From Pseudomonadota bacterium (lineage in GTDB: Bacteria; Myxococcota_A; Polyangia; Fen-1088), in contig JANOJB010000130.1 in NCBI GenBank assembly GCA_031407985.1, positions 9,045 through 73,044 on the forward strand: a stretch of 64,000 nt of DNA. The letters are read 5' to 3'. The notes under the pieces are model-generated. The model was given only the letters and a program-made list of their open reading frames with translations. It was not told the DNA's origin and did not search any database. The position numbers and the translations under genes are program-made. This document shows, piece after piece, positions 57,499 through 64,000 of this stretch. Within the stretch, counting starts at the first letter, position 1; the number at the start of each line of letters is the position of its first letter.

Positions 57499-58428
57499 CT
57501 ACTGCGGCCCGCGACCCGCCGCCAGCTTCTTGGCCGCCGCGGACAACGCTCCCGGTATGTTCTTGGAGCGGGCAAGGCGTTTGATGTCCTCGGCGTTCAG
57601 CGTGGGCAACAACCGCAGGGCCAACACCAGGGGACATTTCACGTTGCCGACCAAGGCCAGCTTGACCGGGTATTGCTTCACCAGTTCCTTTCGGTTGGCG
57701 ATGTACCGGATGACCTCCTCGCCGAGCGCGCGATTTCCCGCCGCCTGCGCCACCTCTCCGTCGGTGATTTGAGGCGATCGGATCGCCGCCATGGCCACCA
57801 TACGGTTCGCGTCGCGCAACAAGTTCTGACGGCAGTAGGCGTTTCCCAGGGTGGCCAGGCGGATTTTCTCGTAGAGCTTCAGCCTCGTGAAATCGATCGT
57901 GGCCGAACGACGGCGCTTGGCCTGGCCGCTCGAAGTGCCCGGCCGGTCGGATCCCACGGATCCGGCTCCCGTGGACCCGCCGGACCCCATCGCCCCCGCC
58001 AGCTCGGCTCCGACTTCAGGTAGCGGCTCGACTTCGGGTTCAGGCTCACCCTCGCCTTCCCCGGGCGTGCGGTTCGCCGTCGCGTCGATCAGTTGAGCAA
58101 ATCCCAGATCCACCGCCGCCGGATCCAGTGCCGTGGGTTCCGCGAGGATTGACCGTACCAGTTCCTCGAATCCGACAATACCTTCTGGCACAGCCCCTGC
58201 CTGATGGCAGGACACGATCGCACGGTTGGCGACGCTAAGGGGCGCTCGTGCATTTCTGTAGATCGCTTCGGCGATCGCCGGTGCCCGAGCCAGCCTGGCG
58301 GCGTCCACGGACAAAGCCGCCAGCGCCGCTGGATCGGCATCGGAACGATTGGCCAACGCCACCAGAGTCTCATCCGGCACCCCAGGATCCGCGATCAGCG
58401 CGTGCCAGTCATCCATCGGGCCTCCCAC
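57499..58428 (-). CDS. Conserved hypothetical helical-repeat protein
   Basis: 309 aa with coding-like composition. An Ala/Leu-rich N-domain, a G/S/E/P linker and a C-domain (KIRLATLGNAYCRQNLLRDANRMVAMAAIRSPQITDGEV...) resembling HEAT/LRV-type repeats. I do not recognise the family. Confidence 0.65.
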   Translation of the reverse strand: MGGPMDDWHALIADPGVPDETLVALANRSDADPAALAALSVDAARLARAPAIAEAIYRNARAPLSVANRAIVSCHQAGAVPEGIVGFEELVRSILAEPTALDPAAVDLGFAQLIDATANRTPGEGEGEPEPEVEPLPEVGAELAGAMGSGGSTGAGSVGSDRPGTSSGQAKRRRSATIDFTRLKLYEKIRLATLGNAYCRQNLLRDANRMVAMAAIRSPQITDGEVAQAAGNRALGEEVIRYIANRKELVKQYPVKLALVGNVKCPLVLALRLLPTLNAEDIKRLARSKNIPGALSAAAKKLAAGRGPQ

Positions 58429-58439
58429 TGCGCCGCTGC

Positions 58440-59228
58440 TCAGCGATTCCGATCGTGGAGCAATCGCAGTCCGTCCAACGTCAACATGTCATCGCACTCG
58501 TCGATCGTCGACGATTCGGCCGCGACCAACGACGCCAGCCCTCCGGTGGCGACGATGCGCGGCTGAAACTCGATCTCTCCCCGAATACGCGTTACCAGGG
58601 CGTCGACCATACCGGCATAACCGAACACCAGGCCCGCCTGGATGCTGGCGACCGTGTTCTTGCCAATGACCGTCCGGGGACGCGTGATCTCCACCCGCGG
58701 AAGTTTCGCGGTCCTGCTGTAGAGAGCATCCGCCGACATCATCAGCCCTGGCGCTATGACGCCCCCCGCGTATTCACCCCTGGGTGTGACGACGTCAAAG
58801 GTCGTTGCCGTACCGAAATCGACCACGATCGCGCCCTGGGGCCAACGCGCGTGCGCGGCGACCGCATTGACTATGCGGTCCGCCCCAACCTCGTGGGGGT
58901 TCTCGTACAGGATCGGGATGCCGGTTCGAATGCCCGGTCCCACGATCAACGGCTCCCGCCCCAAGTGGTCGCGGCAAAACTGCTCGATCGGCGACAGGGC
59001 GGGTGGCACCACGGACGAAACAATGACCGCCGTCACGTCGCGCAGGGCGTGGCCCGCCAGGGAAAACAATTGGCTCAGCAGCGCCGCATACTCATCACCG
59101 GTCCGTGAGGCGCGCGTCTCGAGGCGCCAGTGCGTCCGAAGACCAACCCGCGGCCCGCCGCCAGGGACGCCGGTATCGTACAACCCGATCACGAGATTGG
59201 TGTTCCCGATGTCAATCGCCAGCAACAT
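58440..59228 (-). CDS. coaX: Type III pantothenate kinase
   Basis: Start MLLAIDIGNTNLVIGLY at 59228. VVDFGTATTFD and GGLA motifs are present. The tracked 54-codon extension is rejected. Confidence 0.9.
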   Translation of the reverse strand: MLLAIDIGNTNLVIGLYDTGVPGGGPRVGLRTHWRLETRASRTGDEYAALLSQLFSLAGHALRDVTAVIVSSVVPPALSPIEQFCRDHLGREPLIVGPGIRTGIPILYENPHEVGADRIVNAVAAHARWPQGAIVVDFGTATTFDVVTPRGEYAGGVIAPGLMMSADALYSRTAKLPRVEITRPRTVIGKNTVASIQAGLVFGYAGMVDALVTRIRGEIEFQPRIVATGGLASLVAAESSTIDECDDMLTLDGLRLLHDRNR

Positions 59229-59260
59229 GGTGTGGACCTCACAGGGTATCATCGGGACCA

Positions 59261-60895
59261 ATGGTTTCGCAGCGATACCGCTGGCGCCGCACCTTGCTGG
59301 GCACGTTAGCCCTGCTGGCCAGCATTGCCGTGCTGTTGTTCGGGGCCGTCTGGCTGTTGGATTTTTTCTATCTGCACACCCGACACCCATCCGACGTGGG
59401 ACCGCTGACGCGCCTCTTCACCTTTGATCCCGATACCCTTCAAAACGCGCTGGGCAACCTGGCGCAGATCATCGCGGCGGTGCTGGGTATCGCCATCACG
59501 GTGGTTTCGATCGTGGTGCAACTGGCGGCTACCCGGTACACCCCTCGCGTCGCCGACATGTTCTTCCGCGATCGGACCAACCTGGCGGTCATGGGATTTT
59601 TCGTGGTCGCTTGCATCGACGCCGTCTGGGTCAGTCTGTCGGTCAGCCGCGACTACGTCCCGGTGGCGACAGTGGTGGCCACCGTCGCCATCGTGACCGC
59701 CAGTTTGCTGGCGTTGATCCCCTACTTCGCGTACGTGTTCGACTTCCTGGATCCAGAAAAGGTCATCGCCCGCATCGGGCAGCAGACGTTGCAAAACGCT
59801 CTGGGCCGGCACGCCGAGGCTGATTTGGAGACCCGCCAGGGGCAGACGGTCACCAGCATGGAGCAACTGGCGGATATCGCGGTCAACGCACTGACACAAA
59901 AGGACAAGGTGATTGCGTCCGACGCCATCTCGGCTTTGCGCCGGGTCATCGTCGAGTACCTACCCCGAAAATCTAGTCTTTCGGCCGCTTGGTTCGAGAT
60001 TGGCCCGGAGCTCCGGGACAACCCCGACCTGGTGGCACTGGCCCCCGACTCGGTAAGAGATCTGGCGAACGCACGGATCTGGTTGGAATGGAAAGGCCTA
60101 CGCCAATTGCGTGGTGTGTTCGATGAGGCCCTGAAGTCGATGCCACAGATGGCGCACGTGGTTGCGATCGAGACCCGCTATATCGGCGAGGCAGCACTTG
60201 TCTCTTTAGATCAAGCGGTTCTGTCGCTGACCGTGAAGTTCATGAACACATACCTTCGGGCCGCGCTGAACGCACGCGACGTCGGCACCGCCTATAATGT
60301 GCTGAACCAGTACCGCCAACTGGCGGAGGTCCTGCTTCGCGCCCGCGACCCACAAGCGGTCGCGCAACTGGCCCAGATCGCGGCCCACTTCAAGTACTAC
60401 GCGCAGCTGGCCCACGGAATGGGGCTGGGCTTCGTAACCGAGACGGCAGCCTACGACCTGGGCGCCCTGTGCGAACTGGCGAGCCAGATCGATTCATCTG
60501 CCCAGGATCGCCTACTGGCTACGTTTCTGGAGATCGACAAAGAAGCCGAGAACACGGCCGAGGAAAAGGCACTGCGTGGGGTCCGCAAGGCGCAGGCCAA
60601 GCTGGCGGCGTACTATCTTCTCGCGGGGGCCGTATCTCGTGCCCGGCAGATTCATGACGACATGGCCCAAGAAACCCCCGACCGCCTTCGCTCAATTCGG
60701 GACGAAATGCTGTCCATCACATCCAAGGATTTCTGGGAAATCATCGATCGTGGAACAAACTTCGACTACGTCGACGACGATCGAAAGACCAAGCTTCGTG
60801 AGTTTTTTGACTGGTTCCCTGAACTCAATGGCGTCGGTGTGGCACGAGCCGTCGCCTCATCGGCGCGTGGCCCCCTGCCCGCGGAAGGTTCATGA
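59261..60895 (+). CDS. Membrane protein, DUF2254-like (4 N-terminal TMs plus a large soluble domain)
   Basis: ATG at 59261. TMs LLGTLALLASIAVLLFGAVWLL, IIAAVLGIAITVVSIVVQL, LAVMGFFVVACIDAVWVSL and VATVVATVAIVTASLLALI, followed by a helical soluble domain. Confidence 0.65.
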   Translation: MVSQRYRWRRTLLGTLALLASIAVLLFGAVWLLDFFYLHTRHPSDVGPLTRLFTFDPDTLQNALGNLAQIIAAVLGIAITVVSIVVQLAATRYTPRVADMFFRDRTNLAVMGFFVVACIDAVWVSLSVSRDYVPVATVVATVAIVTASLLALIPYFAYVFDFLDPEKVIARIGQQTLQNALGRHAEADLETRQGQTVTSMEQLADIAVNALTQKDKVIASDAISALRRVIVEYLPRKSSLSAAWFEIGPELRDNPDLVALAPDSVRDLANARIWLEWKGLRQLRGVFDEALKSMPQMAHVVAIETRYIGEAALVSLDQAVLSLTVKFMNTYLRAALNARDVGTAYNVLNQYRQLAEVLLRARDPQAVAQLAQIAAHFKYYAQLAHGMGLGFVTETAAYDLGALCELASQIDSSAQDRLLATFLEIDKEAENTAEEKALRGVRKAQAKLAAYYLLAGAVSRARQIHDDMAQETPDRLRSIRDEMLSITSKDFWEIIDRGTNFDYVDDDRKTKLREFFDWFPELNGVGVARAVASSARGPLPAEGS

Positions 60896-60896
60896 A

Positions 60897-61613
60897 ATGA
60901 GACAATCCTATGATTCGAGACAGATCCCGTCGCTGGCCCCACGAAGGGGTATGGCCGCCGTCGTAGCCGCCGTGGGCGCGACCTTGGTGGTCGCTGGTTG
61001 CGGTGGCGGTCTGAAGTATACGGTCGACGACGCGGTGCTGGATCCTGTGTCAGCCGCGGAACGCCAAGGCGTTTTCGAGGCACGAAAGGAAGCCGAGATC
61101 GCGGAGGGCGAACGACGAACCGCCAACAACCAGCTTGAGTCCCTGGCGCGGGACACCGATATCGCGAAGAAGGAAAAGGAACAGGCCCAGCTGGAAATCG
61201 AGAAAACCCTTTCCGAACAAGAGGGAGCCAAAGCCTCGCGAGACGAAAATCAGGCCAATGCGGCCGCGTACAACAAGGAGAAAGCAGATCTGGGTCTCAA
61301 GGTGGTGGAAGCCAAGATTGAGTGGCTTGTGCAGAAAAAGGACTGGCTCAAGCAGTCCCTGACCGCCGCCGAAGCCCACGTCGAGGCCGCCAAGGCCCGC
61401 GTCGAGTTCGAGAAAGCCAAGGTCGCCAAACAAAAAGGAATCAAACCCGCCGACGATTTCGACCCGTCCAACTACGAGGGGCAATGGAAGAGCAAGAACT
61501 CGGACTGGCAGTCAGAGAAGAAGGATGCCGAATCCGAGGAGAAGGACACGAAGAAGAAGGAAGAGCAGTGGAAGGAGCTGGCCGCGCAGCTCGGAAAGAT
61601 CAAGGGAGGCTGA
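60897..61613 (+). CDS. Coiled-coil lipoprotein
   Basis: ATG 1 nt after the upstream stop. Lipobox LVVAGC. A K/E/A-rich heptad region runs to the C-terminus. Confidence 0.7.
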   Translation: MRQSYDSRQIPSLAPRRGMAAVVAAVGATLVVAGCGGGLKYTVDDAVLDPVSAAERQGVFEARKEAEIAEGERRTANNQLESLARDTDIAKKEKEQAQLEIEKTLSEQEGAKASRDENQANAAAYNKEKADLGLKVVEAKIEWLVQKKDWLKQSLTAAEAHVEAAKARVEFEKAKVAKQKGIKPADDFDPSNYEGQWKSKNSDWQSEKKDAESEEKDTKKKEEQWKELAAQLGKIKGG

Positions 61614-61736
61614 GGTCGCACCGGTGAGTCCAACGCTTCGCGTCTGTATCGATACTGGGGTCTTAGCCTCCGGCCTGCCGCGCTGTTCAGGGCAAGACGG
61701 CTCGACTACAGTTGAATTTTCGCGAGGATTCGCAGC

Positions 61737-63362
61737 TTGAGTGCCCCGATCAACCGTGACGCCGTTCGGGAAGCCGTCGCCGAGAAGGTGGCCGAAGAGG
61801 CCGGCCCACCGGCTGAGTACATCCCTCACCCGGACAATCCCAGAATTCTGGTCGTTGACGACGAGAAGGTCATCCGGGAGATTCTGTCGGACTTTCTGAA
61901 AGAGGAAGGTTACGCCGTCACCACCGTCGAGGATGGTGCCGCCGCGATCGAGGAGTTGCACCGATCCAGCTACAACCTGGTCATCTCTGACTTGAAGATG
62001 CCGAAGATGGGGGGTCTTGAGCTGGTCCAACAGATCACCGAGGAGAGTCTACCGGTCCTGACCGTCATCATGACCGGCTTCGGGACGGTGGAGACCGCGA
62101 TCGAGGCGATGAAGCGCGGTGCCTACGATTACATCCTGAAGCCCTTCAAGGTGGAGGAGGTCGTGCACATCGTGCAGCGGGGCCTTGACCGACAGCGGCT
62201 CCAGCACGAGAACATCCGGCTGAAGGACGCGCTGTCGATTTACCGCATCAGCGAGGCCATCGCGACCTCGCTTTCCGTGGACACGGTACTGGATTTGGTC
62301 CTCGACGCGACGCTGGAAGCGGTGGACGCGGATGTCGTCAGCCTTCTGTTGGAGGATCCCCAGCGCGAGGGTCGTTTCACCGAGCGGATGCGCAAGGTAT
62401 CGGAACGTCAGAACGCCGACATGCACGCCCCCATGCTGAAGTTGGACGAGGTCCTGCCTGTGTTTCGTGATGACCGCCCGCTGCTGGTGCACGGCAGCCG
62501 CGCGAATCAGTTTCTGGAACAGCCACCGGCGCCCCTGTCGAGGCAACTGGTCAGCTTTTGTTCGATCCCGCTGAAGCTCAAGGGTCGCATCATCGGGATG
62601 CTGAACGTGTATAGCTACACGCGCGGCGCGAAGTTCAGCGAGGGTCAGCGAAAGATGCTGTATGTCCTTGGCAGCCGCGCCGCTGTTTCGATCGAAAATG
62701 CGCGGCTATACGAAAACCTTGTCGACGCGAACAAGGATCTGACGGCCGCCAACGTCTCGTTGGAAGAGAATTTCAAACAGAGCATCATCGGCTTCGCGCA
62801 CGCGCTTGAGGAATCCGATCGCTACACACGTGGGCACTCCGAACGCGTGGCGCTGTATGCGCGTTTGATCGCAATCGGCCTGAGACTGAATGAGCCCGAC
62901 ATCGCCACCGTCGTCAAGGTGGGGTTGATGCACGATGTCGGCAAAATCGGCATTCGCAACGACAAGCTCAACAAACCCGGCAAGCTGACGCCCGAGGAAC
63001 TGGCGATGTTCCGATCGCACCCCGCGAAGGGCAAACGCATCCTGGAACCAATTCCGTTCATGCGGGATATCGTCCCCGGTTGTTACTGCCACCACGAGGC
63101 GTGGGATGGCTCGGGATATCCGCAGGGGCTAATGGCCGACAACATTCCGCTGATCGGCCGCATCGTGGCTGTGGCCGACGCCTACGACGCCATGACGTCC
63201 GACCGCGCGTACCGAAAAGCGCTGCCCCACGAGGTCGCCTGCGGCGAGCTGGAGCGCTGCTCAGGAGTTCAGTTCGATCCCGAGATCGTCCCGGTCTTTC
63301 TGTTCCAGATCGAGGAATTTCGGAAGGCCGAGGCAACCGCCGGACGATTCATCCCGCGCTGA
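61737..63362 (+). CDS. Response regulator with REC, GAF and HD-GYP (c-di-GMP phosphodiesterase-type) domains
   Basis: REC: ILVVDDE...LVISDLKMP...MTG...LKP. A central GAF-like region follows. HD-GYP: HDVGKIG ... HHEAWDGSGYPQGL ... VADAYDAMTSDRAYR. TTG start. Confidence 0.88.
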   Translation: MSAPINRDAVREAVAEKVAEEAGPPAEYIPHPDNPRILVVDDEKVIREILSDFLKEEGYAVTTVEDGAAAIEELHRSSYNLVISDLKMPKMGGLELVQQITEESLPVLTVIMTGFGTVETAIEAMKRGAYDYILKPFKVEEVVHIVQRGLDRQRLQHENIRLKDALSIYRISEAIATSLSVDTVLDLVLDATLEAVDADVVSLLLEDPQREGRFTERMRKVSERQNADMHAPMLKLDEVLPVFRDDRPLLVHGSRANQFLEQPPAPLSRQLVSFCSIPLKLKGRIIGMLNVYSYTRGAKFSEGQRKMLYVLGSRAAVSIENARLYENLVDANKDLTAANVSLEENFKQSIIGFAHALEESDRYTRGHSERVALYARLIAIGLRLNEPDIATVVKVGLMHDVGKIGIRNDKLNKPGKLTPEELAMFRSHPAKGKRILEPIPFMRDIVPGCYCHHEAWDGSGYPQGLMADNIPLIGRIVAVADAYDAMTSDRAYRKALPHEVACGELERCSGVQFDPEIVPVFLFQIEEFRKAEATAGRFIPR

Positions 63363-63504
63363 CGGACGTCCACCGCAACACCGCGTCGGCCCGTCGCCTG
63401 TGGCTCCGGCCAAGGACCACGAAGAAACCGGCCGCCAGAAACCGGAGAACAGACAGCGCGCGGTTCTTACCATTCGCCCCCCAATTAGGTGATAATGGCG
63501 CGCG

Positions 63505-64000
63505 ATGGCACTCTCGTTTTCCCATAGGCGATCGTTGGCGGCGGTGACGATCTCTCTGTTCGTCCTTCCCGTGCTGGTCTCCACATCCGTCCTTGTCTTT
63601 TCCTGTGGACCGGCGCGCGCGGAAGACAAGACGGCGGCGCGCGATCACTGGGAACGGGGCACCAAGTTCTATGATCTTGGTAAGTACGACGACGCGATTC
63701 GAGAATTCGAAGCGGCCTACGAAGCGAAGGGCGATCCGGCATTCCTGTACAACTTGGCCCAGTCACACAGGTTGGCAGGACACGTCGGTGATTCGCTGAG
63801 GTTCTACAAGACCTACCTGCGCTATGTTCCAAAGGCTCCCAACCGGGCTGACATCGAGGAGCGCATCAAAGAGCTGGAAAAGATTGTCGCCGAACGGCCC
63901 TCGACAGATTCCGCGGGAACCACGACGCCGCCCCCGAGCGTGTCCGCGACCTCGGGTGGCCAGACGGTTCCATCGCCCGGCATTGCCCCCTCGACTCAGT
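63505..64000 (+). CDS. TPR-containing lipoprotein, partial (runs off the right edge)
   Basis: Hand translation from the ATG at 63505: MALSFSHRRSLAAVTISLFVLPVLVSTSVLVFSCGP..., then a TPR unit (GTKFYDLGKYDDAIREFEAAYEAKGDPAFLYNLAQSHRLAG) and a P/S/T-rich region. Open to position 64000 and therefore not in the ORF track. Confidence 0.7.
   Translation, partial: MALSFSHRRSLAAVTISLFVLPVLVSTSVLVFSCGPARAEDKTAARDHWERGTKFYDLGKYDDAIREFEAAYEAKGDPAFLYNLAQSHRLAGHVGDSLRFYKTYLRYVPKAPNRADIEERIKELEKIVAERPSTDSAGTTTPPPSVSATSGGQTVPSPGIAPSTQ

Overview
GC-rich bacterial chromosome segment, about 90% coding. I saw no transposase, integrase, phage, CRISPR, tRNA or rRNA genes. All calls come from reading the sequence and ORF track and from remembered family motifs; no searches were run.

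Gene content, left to right:
- A FrzS/AglZ-type pseudo-receiver plus coiled-coil gene, open at the left edge and absent from the ORF track, downstream of a lipoprotein, ECF sigma and anti-sigma string.
- A surface-glycan locus in two parts (methyltransferase, GT, Wzx-type flippase, short Omp85; then methyltransferase, GT4, AsnB, nucleotidyltransferase, HAD), split by secA.
- A decayed relic of an Omp85 paralog.
- An MMPL/RND transporter and rny.
- A roughly 21.7 kb, seven-gene minus-strand operon of TPR, FHA and TonB-like envelope proteins that includes a 3,500-aa TPR giant. Its order and sizes match the myxobacterial Glt (AgmU/AglT/AgmX/AgmK) gliding machinery, but with a non-canonical complement.
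- yraN and rpsP-KH-rimM-trmD-rplS without ffh.
- A tetraheme cytochrome with a degenerate metallophosphoesterase-like N-domain, a PLP dehydratase, nadA and rimO.
- A secreted Fam20/Four-jointed-like kinase homolog, a small Zn-ribbon protein, a Yip1-TlpA fusion and coaX.
- A DUF2254-like membrane protein plus a coiled-coil lipoprotein.
- A REC-GAF-HD-GYP regulator and a partial TPR lipoprotein at the right edge.

The AgmX/PglI-type tail, the Glt-like synteny and the FrzS-like gene point to Myxococcota (inference). The most interesting items are the Glt-like operon variant, the Fam20-like kinase and the Omp85 relic.
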